From NCBI GenBank assembly GCA_003971905.1, contig RSEE01000078.1, positions 124,001 to 188,000 of the forward strand: DNA of 64,000 nucleotides. Direction: 5' to 3'. A program made the translations under genes and the position numbers. The notes below the pieces were generated by a model that saw only the letters and a program-made list of their open reading frames with translations, searched no databases and was not told where the DNA came from. Shown here piece after piece: positions 23,093-36,792 of this stretch. Each line of letters begins with the position of its first letter. The first letter of the stretch is position 1. This stretch comes from Moniliella sp. 'wahieum' (Eukaryota).

Positions 23093-26000
23093 TTAGCCGT
23101 GATAGGGAGGTGGATAGTCGAGCAGACGCTGGTTTGGGGCAGCGTAATAGCTGGGCAAGTAGTCAGGGAAGTACATGTGCTGCCCATAGACCATGGCAGT
23201 AGGGGCGTAGAGATCTCGGTAGTAGAGCATGGGCGTAGGCCAGCCCGCCTCGCCGACCCGGATCGTGCGAGACTCGGTGTTGGGATCGATGCGTGTTCCC
23301 ACGGGTGGGATCCGCACCTTGGCCGATTGCAGCTCGGTGTCAGAGACAGTGTAACGGGAGATGCGTGCAGAAGCCACTCGTTCCACTCCACGGTAGAAGA
23401 TGTACTGACACCATCGGTCATCATCCGCCGGGTCCACATCGAGCATCTTGCCCTCGTCCACCAGGATGCCATAGGGGGAGGGCCGAGGTGCATGTGGCTC
23501 GGTCACCAAGTAGCCCAAGAAGACAGTTGGGTGGGGGAAAGCGGCCGCCAAATGGGTGGCAATGGCTGTACTCTGCAGTTCCCGATCCAGCGCATCTTCT
23601 TCCTGTCCATTGTGCGACACCCACACCATCGTCTCCACCCCGTACACGTCGAGCCAGGCTTCGATCGCGGGTGCAGTTCGCCCTGCGGCGATGGGAGCAG
23701 ATGGTGGGTTGAATTGATAATGGGGAAGCGAGAAAGAAGGATGGCACCCCATGTGTGTTTTTGCGGTCCGGGCCCATATCCGCATACACCCAATCGGTAA
23801 GAGAGCCATTGGGTCAAGCTGTTTCTAGTTAGACTATGCCCCGCTAAGAACAAGAAAAGGTTATAGAGAGGGGGACATACTCGCGATTACCATAGACGAC
23901 ACGTTGCAAGTCCGTTTCGAGCAGACCCACCACATCAAGCTTGTGTGGAGATAGAGGTCACTAAGACGGGTGCCGGACTCCCACATTTCTTGGTCCAGAC
24001 CAAAATGAACCGTGTGGATGCCGACAGTCATGACTCGGTGGTGAGTTTGAGCTGCATCAGGGGGTTGATGATGGGTTTGTGCCAAATTGGGACAGGAAGA
24101 CTCAGAAGGGATATCAGCACCACCAAGAGCGTCAGAACCGTCCCTGCAGCAGATTTGGCCTTGAGGGAAGGTGTTTGCCTCTCAGGCGAAGGCGCGCGAT
24201 CTGTTTTTTCCGCCGGCGTGGGCTCTTGCTTGCCTGTAGCTGCGGGCTCGATCTCGGATCTAGATGAAGGCAAGGCCACGGCGGCCGCCAAGAAAGCTTG
24301 AGAGATGATGATCATCATCCCCGACCGTTCCCGGAAGAAGGGGCCAATGATAGGAACGAAGGCATAGGCGACCGTCAATACCTGGAAGAAAGTGATTAGC
24401 GCCGACGCGAACCACATGGCGGCAGCAGGAGCAAATCCTTGACCCGCCATACGCAGCAAAACGTGCACGATCACTCTTGGGAGGCAGAGGGGCACTAGCA
24501 GCAGGGCAGGAAAGGCGGCCCAGTTATCAACCCAGTAAACCCAAAGAAGTGCTGAAGTCGCAACGGCCGTTAGCGAGAGAGAGGTGAACCGGGAAATAGG
24601 GCGCGACGAAAGGAAGATCCCAATAGCGAAGGCAAGCAGAACAATCCACCCGTGCTTCAATGGTTCGGACCAGAAATTGGGTACCCGGTCCAAGTCCAGG
24701 AGATGAGTGTCCCAGCATCCGAAAGGTACATGGGAAGCGTGTAGAGGGCTACTGCCGAGCCAAGGATCCCGACAAGACGATTGGCCCTTTCCACAGACTG
24801 CACCTCTCGGGGGCAGCGCCTCGGAGGCCTCAACAGAAGCATCATGTAAAGTGTTTCCAGGCCTCGACACACGTTCGGCGAAAGCGAGTAGAGCAACAAC
24901 GAGCCAAGACGGTTCCATCCCGCATGAGGTCCATTTCCGGTGCCTTCTCCATTGTTCATGCCCAATTAAGCATATCAGGAACGATGCCCATCGGGTTGCC
25001 TTCGTGCGGGCTGGCTGGGCGCATAAAGGGCGCAAGGGGGTGATTGCCAAAGCATGCGTACTTGGCCAACATGGTCAAGAGCAGGCCCAACAAAAATCGC
25101 ACCAGTTGGCTGCGCACGGCTTGGGGATGAGCAAGGGCGGCATGCCCCCACTCTAAGTGTAGCCGAATTGCTGCCGCACCAGCAGCCAATGTGACCAGCA
25201 GAGTCTGCCATGGGGACTTTGGACCCTCCAAGAGCCAGGGCAAGGAGTTCCAACAAGTGGAGCAAAAGGAATCGAGCCGAGGCATGGGTGGGTCCCTTGA
25301 GTCCCCTCAGCGGGGCGCCAATCAAGTCGATGCGTACCTTTCCTTGGGAGAAAAAGAGATTGCGCAGGAACGGGAGACAGAGCAGGACCAAACCAAAATT
25401 GGAAAAGTACCACCATTTCTTCCCCCCCAGCAGCGAGGTTGTAGACCGAGAAGTAAAACAGTACTGGAAAAACGTTGGTCGTACTGGTCCAAAAGAGGAA
25501 TTGCCAATAGACATCAGAAAGGAGAGCGAGGTAGGTACGCCAAGCCGGGATCGGTTCAGCCACCGGCCACTCCCTGAAGCCTCCTCCGCGGGCAAATGCA
25601 CCGCAGCACTCGCCACTGCTTTTCAGAGTGCTTCTGCTCGCTGGACGCAACGAGAAGCTCAGTTGCAGGATCGAAGACGTAGCCAAGGTGAAACGTGATA
25701 TGACGCAAGTCGAATCCCGAGGGGCGTCGAAGGCAATGTCGGTCAGGATCAGGCCCCATTCAAAACAAGAATAGATGGAGTACATGCCAGGCACCTCAAG
25801 AACCTTGTGTTGATAGAAAAAGTACACCATAAACGGAGTGCAGCAAAGAAGCGATGCACGAAAGGGCCCGCATGCGCCATCCAGTCATGCCCTTGCGAGG
25901 GATTAGCCCGTCCGGCAGCTGGGTCAAGCAGATGCCCATCCAAGGCACAGTCAAGGCAATGTAGGCACCCATGGCAATGTCGTGCACGTCGTGGTCGTCG

Positions 26001-26395
26001 GAGCTGGTGATGTACACCCATCCACCGCAGGAGATGGTGCGCAGCGTACCAACCACGAGCACGATCCAGGCAGCGCGACGCGAGCGTCTATCGGACGGAG
26101 GCTGGAGCGCGATGACAAGCGCGCAGAGACCGACCAGCAGGCGAGGGCCACTGGTCATGGCGATGAAAATCTGGAAAACGTTGCGCTCTGGGTACCAGTC
26201 GCCAATTGTGGCACTGACGCTGGGCCACCATTCGTCGGGTAAGCGGCCACTCCGTTCTTGACCACCTTGTGGTAGTGCAGGGCCAAGGCGAGCAGAGGGC
26301 TACGAGGAAGCCCAAGCCGCCCAGGAGGGTGTGGGCACGCTCACGACGCTGGCGCGGGCGGACCAGAGCGGGCGCTCGCCAGCGTAGGTCGCCAT
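23093..26395 (-). CDS. CWH43: Cwh43 GPI lipid-remodelling protein (Frag1/DRAM/Sfk1 domain plus PGAP2IP domain)
   Basis: EWWPSVSATIGDWYPERNVFQIFIAMTSGPR, CGGWVYITSSDDHDVHD, GIHTVHFGLD, GPGPQKHTWGAILLSRFPI, SHNGQEEDALDRELQS, DRWCQYIFYRG, SDTELQ. Confidence 0.95.
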
Positions 26396-26975
26396 GCGGA
26401 ACACTGCAGAGGACGGAGGGCCGGGAGACGGACGGAAGGAGGTGCGGATGCAACCGGAAGAAGAGAGGCCCGAACCGGAAGAGGCGGCGCGACAAGCGTT
26501 CGGCCTCTGGGCTTGAATATCCTGAATCTTTTGAATGAGCGCTTTTGAGCACTGCTCCACCGTCGCACACTGCCCGCGTGCTGACGCGCATACCAGGCAC
26601 TGGGGCTTGCATGCACGGCGTTCCTATTGTCGCACGTCGATCCAAACAATGCATCAGTGTGATGCACTGTCACAGTCACCGCCACGCGTCACGCTTCACT
26701 ATTCACTAGCTTGCAAGAGCTAGTCACTCGCATCTCGCCACTAGCCACTAGCACTCGCACCGGGTCTTCCTCAACTGGCTCCCCCTCCCTTGGCGTTGGC
26801 CACCAAGTACATACATGGCATCACGCGCGCAACGGTGCCACCGCCACCTATCCATCCCCATCATAATCACCATCACCGTCGCCATCCTCGGATCCTGGGC
26901 ACAAGTTTCACATTTCACGGGAGCCACCCCTGCACCACCCATCCGGCCATCACACACACATCCGCGTCTTCAAGC

Positions 26976-28264
26976 TCACGCTGGGTACTCCACCGCGCTC
27001 CAGCAGCGCGCGCCGCGGTCCGCGTCCCAGCCCAAGCGCGCAAAGAACCGCAAGCCCGCCGGGTTGTTGTATTCGGTCGAAGAGGAGCAAGCAGGCCGGG
27101 TGGACGCGACCCTCGGAGCCGAGGGCTGGAACAGGGATGGCCAAAGCTTCCAATGTCGGAGCCAGGGCGGCCCAGTATCTAGCGGCATAGAGAGCGACGA
27201 GGTCATGGCCTACCTGTTGCTTGCCTTGCCCACGGCGGTGAGTGGGGGTGACATGCAAGGAGGCCAGTGTGAGGGCCGAGTGAGTTGCTACCCATGCTAC
27301 TGGCCCTTCGTCCCTCAAGCAGGCAGAGAGACGGGCGGCGGTACGTAGGTAACTAAGTGGGAAGCCGATGTGGTTCCCCCCTGTACTTGAACCAGGTCCT
27401 TGGGTTTCAGGCAGTCGGCCACCAGACCATTCAGTGTCCCGTCCCGCCGGCTCTGCTCGTACACCTCCACGTCCGACAGAGCGGGCGGTCGATGAAACAA
27501 GAGACAAGAGGAACGGTACACCGGTCGGAGCCCAAGGGAGGGAAGGTTCATTGCCTCTCGTTCGACCAACCCACTCACCCCATGGAGATGTAGCGCGCCG
27601 CCTCCCGCCCGTCGGAACAAAGGCGGAAGAAGCTCGGCCAAAATCCACTCAATGGCGCGTTTGGTCTCTCTTGCGCAATGGGCCAGGTGAGGGTCATTTG
27701 GCTCCCAGCTCGGCCAACGTAGGCCCTCCCACCACTTTCTCTTCCTCGCCGGAGCGAAGTGATGCGGCTCGAATGTGGGGTCCAACCCTTGAATGTGGTA
27801 GGGTGTATGGTAGCATGCCCACACCCATGTTGGCCCAGAAGAGACTCGCTGCTCATCCACACATTGACAACGCCAACCGACGCCGCATCGGCATCTCCAT
27901 CCCGTGTTTCGGGATTGAAGTAGATCATGCCCCAAAACGGCTCGTCCTCCATTTTGTCGTGCGGCTTCGGTTGCGCTGCGCCATCGGACAGGAGATAGGG
28001 AGGGACTTGTCCGAAAGCGAGCCGGATCACTTGATCATCGGGCCAGGTGGGGGCCGGAAGATCCGTCTTGGCAAGGGGGCGGTGGAGGTCAGGCCATGCA
28101 GCCAGGTTGGTAACGTCCTGGGGGATGGCACGGTCGAACACGGCGGTAGTGAGAAGTAAATTGCGGAAGAGCTGAGAGCCTACATCTTGGGTCAAGTGGG
28201 CGACAAGGCGGTTAAAGTCCAGCTGGACTAGGGGGCGGGTGGGGAAATGCTGGGAAGTGGTCAT
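26976..28264 (-). CDS. FR47-like GNAT acetyltransferase
   Basis: Frames joined across frameshifts give PVAWVATHSALTLASLHVTPTHRR(G) (acetyl-CoA motif A-like) and EYNNPAGLRFFARLGW (motif B-like). Confidence 0.75.
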
Positions 28265-28710
28265 GGTGAGGTGGACGGGGACGCCGAATGGCGTCCGGTT
28301 CAGTCACTAGATTGATTTAGTGACTCCTTCAGGCTGGCACAGCTGCCACGCCAATTTCTATCTCCGAAAGGCGCTGAAATAAAGAAGACCTTTGAAATAG
28401 TTATGTCTCAAGCTTCCACTCTCCGAAGACATCCAATGAAACCCCAGTGGAGCTGCCCTCGCACCCTTCGCATTGGTCCGTCTGGGCATTCCCTCAGGCC
28501 TCAGGCCTGAAGCCCTCATCCTCATCCCTCATCCCTCAATCTCTCTCACGTATTGGACTGACCACCACACCCGTGACGCTCCTATACTCGCTGTTTGCTC
28601 GCAAACAGAGGGACAGTGGCGCCCATCCAACCGACGCAGGAGAGTGCCACTGTGCTAAAACAAACACAGATGCAGCATGGCAAAGCGACGTTACGAACTT
28701 ACTCGCACCT

Positions 28711-29190
28711 TTAGGCAACGGGCGTAAGGAAGACAACCGTCGAGTGGCCGTCCTGGATGTAAGGAGTGACGACACGGTTGAACTCCTTGCCGTGCTCGGT
28801 AGCCATGTGGGCCTTGAGGCATCGTCGCTGTTCACACGTTCGCATGTCAGTCGTACTGCTGGGTTCGATTTCGCAGCGTGCCTGTCTAGCCTTGCGTGCC
28901 CCGGGCACATGCATTGTGTAGAGACCAAGGGGAAAGAGAGAGGCATCAAGCACCAGGAGAAGATCCAAGCAAGGCTGACGGGGCTGTGGGAGGGGGCGGA
29001 CAACGTACTCAGCGTAAGTCTCCTCGACGTGGAACTCGTCTGGGCTGTCGGCCTTGGTGTAGACGACAAAGCGGACGTTGCCAGGCTCGTTGGCGCGGAT
29101 GGTCTTAGCCAGGTTGGAGAGCAGCTCGGCGACCTTGGCGCGCTGGCCGGGGAGCGCGGTCATGGTAGCGTACAGAACCTTGGCGGGCAT
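28711..29190 (-). CDS. Antibiotic biosynthesis monooxygenase (ABM) domain protein, about 100 aa
   Basis: MPAKVLYATMTALPGQRAKVAELL..RANEPGNVRFVVY..DEFHVEETYAD..KAHMATEHGKEF; intron 28828-29008; TATATA at about 29261-29266. Confidence 0.85.
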   Translation of the reverse strand: MPAKVLYATMTALPGQRAKVAELLSNLAKTIRANEPGNVRFVVYTKADSPDEFHVEETYAEYVVRPLPQPRQPCLDLLLVLDASLFPLGLYTMHVPGARKARQARCEIEPSSTTDMRTCEQRRCLKAHMATEHGKEFNRVVTPYIQDGHSTVVFLTPVA

Positions 29191-30830
29191 GGCGGTATGG
29201 GTGGGTAGGTGCAAGTGGCTGTGGAGAGGAGAGAGTGGCAGAGGCGAGAAGGTGCTGGGGTATATAAACACCAACTGACCCGTGCTCTGGCCCACGCGCT
29301 GAGCCGAACACGAGGGGGACGGGAACGTTTGAAATGGTGTGGCACCCCGCCCAGTTGGCTCACCCCCACTCGCCTGGGCCAGGCACGCAGGGCTCAGCCT
29401 GGGACTGAGAGCTGAGGCTCAGCTGGCTCAGCGGCTCAGCCCACAGTGGGACCGAGCACACTGCGTCTCAGTCTCGCCACCGCCGAACTTGCGCCGCTCC
29501 GGAGCATATCCGTCGTCAAATTCGTCGATGAGGTCGACGGGGGTCAGTCGTCACGCATCAGCTGACGCCCTGAAGCGGTGATTCGGATCGGGCACATCGC
29601 GCGTTCTTGATGTTACGTCATTAACATTTCATTCCAGGGCGCCCAAACCGCGTGAGTTCCGTCGCGTCGGAGAGAAGCCATGCCACTTCGACGTCTTCAA
29701 CTTCAACGGTTGAAGCTTGAAGCTTGAAGCTTCACGTTCAAGGTTCAAGACGTTCTAGCCTCCTCGAGAGCAATCTGGACTCCCGCTCTCAGCGCTGCTC
29801 AGCGCTCAGCCTCTCTCAGGTCTCAGCCCCCTAGGCCTTAAATAAGGCCACAGTATGCCTCGGCGACGGGGACGTCAAGGCAAAGGCAGGGCCCCGAGGG
29901 CACTGCGTGGCGTGAAACTGGGGCTGTGCTGCAAAACGCGATATATATTAAGTAGGGAGAAGGAGCACTCATATTTTGACGGTCTGCTGAGTTCGTCCAG
30001 TTCAACAGCTTCTCCACTCTTCTTCGGGTCTCAGATCCACCTATCTCGGAGAAAATTCAGCACCGTATTGAAAATACGGAGAGGGCAGAGATGGTTGGGT
30101 TGGACCGAGTTGACCCTGCCTGGGATCAAGCATGTGCTTTAAAAAGCTTTTTAGTAATTGGAGGTGCTTAGGTTGTGAGCAAAAAAGTGGTCGTGGGGGC
30201 CCCACGCCAAGCTATCTTCCGACGATCCACAATAACTGTTTAACGTTGAGGCTGAACCCTGAGGCCTGAGGTCAAGCCTGAGCGCCCGAGCATGAGCCCC
30301 TCTGGGATGTAACAACACATGTGAATCATCGATCAGCCCTCAGAAGACCTCAGGGGAGTTGGATACATACACGCGTACCAGGGGTATACTGGCCCACGGA
30401 GGAGATCAGGCGAGCCGAAGTAGATGGGGGTTATATAATAAGCGGGACAAGGAGGGTGGTTGGCGCTTTGCTATCTGAACTGCATTGTTAGTACCTGATC
30501 GCAGCCGGCCCATCTTGATATGGAACCACAAGAGCAAGGGACAGAACGGGACAGATAGAGGCAAGTGAACGGTCGATGAACATGATGAGGTCAACAGCTC
30601 ACGACAGATGTGCTGGGAACAGGAAAGCGAGAGCAAGAGCAACGTGAGCGACGTAACTAGTAACTAGTGACTAGTGACTAGCTCCGAGTCTCGAGTGCTA
30701 CTGAATGAATATACATCTTTGATGGGGGGGGGGGATATGTGGGGCATGAAACATGAAGCTTGAAGATTCAACGCAGAGCCGAAAGCGTAGGACGGGGCAT
30801 GAGAGGAAAACGAAAGAGGGATGTATGGGG

Positions 30831-33800
30831 TTAAGCAAGGTACCGTTCGTTGAGCAAGGTGATCTCGCGGGCAAGCATGCCCCACGTGAGGCGAAGCGAG
30901 CGCTGGGAGAGGGGAGAGGCATGACCAAAGGCCAACAGACCATATCCACACGGAGGCGTCTGCCCTTCCCACCGTCTCACAGCTGTACCGGCACCCAGAT
31001 CCACTTCCAGGTCCTTCTCCTTGTCCAAATCATAGATCTCTTCCAACACGGTGCCAGTGGAGGTAGGACGGGCAAAGAGCAATCCGCTTGCGGTGCTGTG
31101 GGCCACGACTTGATTTGACGCAAATGCTGCTGACACTCTGGAAGCGGGTGCAACACATCCCCACCGACCGGCGGCGACACTGGAGCGAATGGGCATGGGC
31201 CATATCATCGATGGGAGCTGCGGGGGCCAGGATGGGTGAACAGGACGCGGAGCGGATGAAGAAGTATACCTTCGGCCTCGCACAGGCTGGGGGGCAGGAC
31301 GCTCGACGGGAGTGGACGCGTGCAAGGTACGTCTCCCACCCACGAAGTTCCCAGAAGAAGAGAAGGTGGGGCTGAATGAGGATGTTTAGCCTTCGAGAGC
31401 GGACAAAAAGGTAGGCTTCCACAAGAGAGAGGTCGAGATGGGCCATGACATAGGCCAACGATAGTGGATGACCGAGATACTCCGACGCGACAGTGGACAA
31501 GCACTTTGCCCCCCTTGCGCCGTGCTGCCTCAATATACTCGACAGCTTCTTTCATTGTCGAACGCAACGGATCGATCCCATCGTCCGAAACGTTGAGCAA
31601 ATTCAAACCGACATACGTCCCGCCGCTTGCTCCGCCCAGAGGCAATTGGCCAACACAGCAGGCATCGCCTCCGTCGAAACTTTTCCAGGCTCTTTCCCAT
31701 GAACGTAGACGCTGTCGCAGCCTCCATGCCAGAGGGGAGGAGAGCGCAGACTCACCCACAGATACAACGTGAGTGATTCCCATGCGCGGAGCATGCCTGC
31801 GTTCATAGCATGATTAAGGTTGCCGAGATACAGAAAGTCCAAGATACGGGAGGGAAAGGATCCTTCAAAGAGCGGATCATAAAACCATCCATATTTGACT
31901 TGTGGGCTCGGGGTCGGCGCGGGCGATTCAAAGCGCTTTGCGATCCGTTCTTCAATGTGGCTGAGAAGGGTACCTCGTGTGGGTACACAAAAAAGGAGCG
32001 GCGAAGCTCATTTTGAAGAGTAAGATATGCCTCTGGTAAGGTGAGGCCAGGCCTTGTGGTCAATAAATACGTCAAGGCCAAGATGGACGTTTCAGTGTAG
32101 CCATCGCCACAGTGGATGAGCATTTTGCGCGGCAAAAACCCCTTCATCTGAGAGAAGGCTGGGTCGGTTTGCTGCTTGATCCATACAGCCAAGTTGATCA
32201 TATCGTCGGCATATGCAGTAGCGGAAGAGGCCTTCGACTCAGGCGTCGCACACTCTAGCAGCACCACATTCGTCAGAGGCACCGGCACGCTACCGGTTCG
32301 TTCCTGAGGGGGCGAGGTCGCGACGAGGCCCGCTTCTGGGGTCCAAAGGAGATCCCGTCTCCTTTTGTTCCTCTCTGGCTTGCAAAGTAGGCTTCTTGCA
32401 AAGTATCCATGTAGGTAGCGACTTGATCTAACCGCTCATCGCCGGGCATTCTGCCCCGATCATGTACCTCGATACACACAGCGTAATTTTGGGGGTTCGT
32501 CCGTGAAGCGGCCGCGACCGAGCTCCACTCGTTCTCGGACATGCTGCTGTCAGGGATGGGAAGGTCGCCATTGCTACCAAGAAAAACGTTGGTATCAATC
32601 TCGCTGACACGGGAAAGGGTCTCCATCTCCACCCGCTCCCGCTCAATGAAGTCGATTGGTTTGTCCGGTTGCCCTGTGAGTCCACCGCGACGAGGGAAGG
32701 ACACAGCTGCTCGAACTGCTTAAACGAATCTGCACATTCGGTCAGTCCTCTCCCTTGAGCTCGCTGCACATATGCGGGGCGGGGGGGGGGGGGGGGGGGA
32801 GAGAGAAGAACGACATACCCTTAATTACGAACACGTTGTAACGCAAGGAGCCCAATCCGCGTGCCAGACGCTGACGGTAGATCTGCTCCTGAGCATATTG
32901 GAAACGCTTCGCAAGGCGAATCATACCCTCATGGAGGCCAGTGGGAGCGTAAAGAACCAAATCGGAGATGGTGGCATATTTAGCGCATTGAATGTGGAAA
33001 TTGCGTAGACTTACCCCACTCGACGGGCGGGGGGTTAGGAAGCCGTCGTCGCCAAGGATCTCGGTGGGATAGACCGTAGAAGCCAAAAGAGAATGGCTGG
33101 GTTGGGCCTCGTACGCATACCAGTCCTTGTCATCCTCTTTTTGTGACTGGGGCACGGCAGGTGTCACAGGCGAGGGAGGGTAGCTGCTGAATGAGGAGCT
33201 CGAGGCCGGGGGGAAATGCTGAGACTACTTTGTCGCGAGGAGGCGATGGAGGTAGTATAGGCCGAAGCAGATGAAGCGCTGTCTTCCCTCTGCCGATCAG
33301 CGGAGGGTGGGCTAAGGTCAGAGTAAAGGGATTGGACGGAGGCCCGCTGGGGCGCAGACGGTGAAGAAATGTCGCACCCGTCGCTCCATGGGGAATGACC
33401 AGCACCAGCACCAAACACACGTTCGTCTGGACTAGGCATATCGGCTCGGACAAGTGTCAGACCACGGTAATTGGGTGTGGGCATTCCAGTCACGGGGGCA
33501 CCAAAGAAGAGGTTCTGTGCTGCATTCTCGCCCTCGACGCCGTGGAGAAAAGGAAAAACGACAGCATGGGGCACATCAAGAGCAGCATAGCGCGCCTGCA
33601 GATCAGAGAATTGGGCGGCGGACATCGTGCGCAACAGCGGTGGCGGGTCCTCGAGGTGACCTTGTTCGTTTGTGTCAGAGGTGAGAGGCAGGGGAGGATA
33701 TTGGTCCAGATCAAAGTGTTGGAGGCCCCAAGACGGTCGAGCATGATCGGGATGGATGGGTGGGAGGGTGGGCTGGTGCTCAGAGGAGGGGTTGTGGGGA

Positions 33801-34090
33801 GGTGGGAGGCAGAGAGGGCGGAAAGGGAATGGGAATGGGACTGAGAAGAGTGGCGGGCGACCGTCGACGGGGGCAGCATGGGGGTCGAGGAGGGGTCGGG
33901 TGCGCTGGCACGGGTGGGTTGGTGACGGTCTGCAGGGTGGTAGGCGGTGTTGGGCACGAGGGTGAGTTGGCCTGCGGGCTGGGGGGTCGGGAGGGTGTAC
34001 GGACATGGGTGGCGGGGTGAACTGCTGGGGCGGCTGCTGCTGGGGCGCACACGCGGGGCGACGGTGGAGGGGCACACTGAACTCGGGCAT
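30831..34090 (-). CDS. PPS1: Pps1-like dual-specificity protein phosphatase
   Basis: VVFPFLHGVEGEN, VSLRNFHIQCAKYATISD, degenerate IHCGDGYTETS, FLYLGNLNHA, catalytic VLVHCRVGVSRSSTI, RSRRLNILIQPHLLF, C-terminal WGMLAREITLLNERY*. Start uncertain. Confidence 0.9.
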
Positions 34091-36792
34091 GGCAAGCAGT
34101 GGGGGGCAGATGGAGCCGGTGCAGGGGGGAGGGGAAGAGGGCGGGGGGTGGCAGCGCAGACGCAGACGCGCGATGGGACAGGCGAGGTGGGCGAGGATGG
34201 AGAGAGAAGCGAAGAGGGTATATATAGCAGCAACACCCCTCCAGCGTCACGGACCAACGCCGCGGACACAGCACGTCGCCAACGCTGGCGCTGCGTACGT
34301 ACCAGCCCCACCAACAAGCGCCCGCCTGCGAGCTGGTATCGTCCCCGCGTCCTAAACCCCGCCGAGCGGCAGGCAGTGTGACGCGTGACGCATAGCGTGT
34401 GACATGCGAGCATGATGTGCGACACATGATGCATGACCTGTGCTGCATGTGATGTCGGCCGGTGGCGAGTGCGGGCTGGTGCGCAGCCCGCGGCCACCCT
34501 CGCAGCGGACCAGGCCCGCTTGGCGGGACACAGGCCGTGTGCCAGGTCCTGGTGGGTGGGATGAGGCCGGCATTAATGCATCGTGATCGATGATCGCTCT
34601 GACCGATGAGGGGCAATATAGTAAGTACCGACGAGAGCCTGAGGCCTGGGGGTAGGCCTAAACAAGGCTTAGCGCCACGGCTCTTGAGCGCCGGCCTGCC
34701 GGTGGCCGGCTCTGTGGGTGAGGTTATGAGGCACGCCAATCTGAGCGCAGCGTAGGGGCTCTGTATACTCCGCACGGCACAGGTCTCATGGATGTGTCTT
34801 GGAGCTTCGGTCTTGACCCTATCAAACATCTCCTCAAGTACCGTGGTGGGCACACACTGCATAGAGCACGTCTGCCTCCCCCTCCCCCGACTTGGCCTGG
34901 GCCGTGTGAGACGCCGCTGAGGCAGGCAGACTGTCGAAATACACTCGGAGGATACTGAGTTCCGTATTACTACTTAGTCCAGACGAGGGAGTCCTCCCCT
35001 CAGCACCTTCAGCGTTGGTGCAGCTGATGCATATTATTGATGGACTAATCCGTATGACTACTGTGATACGCAGAATCCACTGGTATTGTTAGGACAGCGT
35101 CAATTCTTGACCTAGTCCACGTGTTCAACGTTCAGGCGTTCACCGGCTCTGAACCGAACGTACCTTAACAACACGGTGGATACTTTGGGCGTATATGCAC
35201 CTACCACAACAGTGACGGCTATAGAGACCGGGTGTGTTTAGCGCCTATAATATGCTGCGCCGAAAACCTTGGTGCTCCGCGTCTCCATTGTCTTTCTAGT
35301 TGCATGTAATCTCGTGTGGTGTATATTCCTCCCCCCCAAAAAACAAAGTTCAATCTTGAGCTTCAAGCTCCAAGCTCATGATGGGAAGCGTTGGACGAAG
35401 AAAATAGGGTTGACAAACTCCCTTGATTGCCACGTCATGCCTTATAACCCACCGGTCCCCTGACTTCAAAGTAGGGATGAGTCGCGATCGGGGAAGAAAA
35501 GTCTTCGGGGATGACTGTCCTATCTCCATTGATATCAGAATGGGGGGTCCGTGGTGTTTGTTGATGTGGAAGAGTGCTTTGTCCTTTTCGAAGAACCGAA
35601 GGCACGTCTTGCCTCCTCAGGTCTCGGCCCCTCACCGTCTGTTGTTTTCCACTTCCTCGCATCCTACTGCAGACCATCCCGTGCAGAACCGACCCATGGA
35701 TATAGGCTTCCGTCTAAAAAAGCGACCCGCAATAAAAGATGAGAAGAAAAATGTGATACGTTTTGTGTACCTACAAAAACGCCCTAAACGGCAGGCGTAA
35801 CGCAGTGCCGCACACTGCAAACCCAATTCATGCAGGAAAATGGGACCGTAACGCGCAAAGCCACACCCGTGTGTTATCTCTTTCATCGATATCATCCCTG
35901 CATCAAGAGCATTATGGAGAGAGCAATTCAACCCCCCCGTCCCTCGCGCGTGGCCAATGAGCGGATATAGAGACGGGAGTGATATATACAACAGAGTGGG
36001 GTTCATCTCTACTGCAATGCCTTTGAAAGGCAGATATAGAAGACCCTCCCAGCGTAGCGGGCCGACACGTGCCCATGCTTACTTAGCGCGCACTTCAGTA
36101 GTCCGGCTGACTGTGAGCCCCCGGGCTCCTCTTGGCAGCACATATGTCGCTCAACGAATCAACGTCCTTATTAACGCGTCAACGCTCAATATATCTGGCC
36201 CGGCTAATCCCAATCGGACCAAGCCCTCCCTGTCCCCCCATCGTAGCGCCTCGATGGACTAGCCCCATCTCAGGTCCGTCCCGCCTCGCTCTCTGCTCCA
36301 CTAGAAGAACCCAACCGAGATAACTTCTTGACAGCCATGCTCACCCATCTCAGATCATCGATCCGATCTCAATCTGTCACATCGGCAGAGCCCCCTCGGC
36401 CCCATGTTCACGACATCCACTCTTCGTTCAAGCTTTCGCCTATGTAATAGTTTTGAGGGGTCCAGGAGGAGTGTAACAGGCCCGCCGTTAGGTTGGGCGC
36501 CTTTTTCACCTCGTAGGCCCTGCACAGCTCTTACCACGGCTCGGACCGTACGCGTTGTGGACAGGCTTTTGTATCGTTGGTACGGAGTACTATGATGGAG
36601 GTGAAGGATTGGCAAGATACCCCATTGTGGAATTTCTGCTGCCATTGGGTCAGAGCGGGAGCACATGATGCAGGATGAGTCTCTCGACAGTCTACAGGTA
36701 TAGGTTTTCGGGGGTTCGTTCCCCCCGTCTGTATTGCCCAGGATGAACCAGGCAGAGGTGAGCAAGCAAAGCAGGATGCATTTTGGGGGGGG

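Noticed and set aside
28855..28880. GGTTCGATT T-loop-like motif suggesting a tRNA
   Set aside because: No cloverleaf, acceptor stem or A-box can be built around it.
27368..29208. Long plus-strand ORFs 27368-28159 and 28447-29208
   Set aside because: Antisense shadows of the GNAT and ABM genes in GC-rich DNA, with no recognisable motifs.
32776..32799. Long poly-G run
   Set aside because: Lies inside a PPS1 intron as a poly-C tract on the sense strand; similar runs occur elsewhere and their length is unreliable in this assembly.
33780..34862. 360-aa minus-strand ORF upstream of PPS1
   Set aside because: Low-complexity translation crossing a TATA-like motif and a CATG/GTGAC-rich promoter stretch; probably spurious.
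34900..36780. Short ORFs between PPS1 and the mitochondrial hypothetical gene
   Set aside because: No recognisable domain, consistent splice model or transposase motif.
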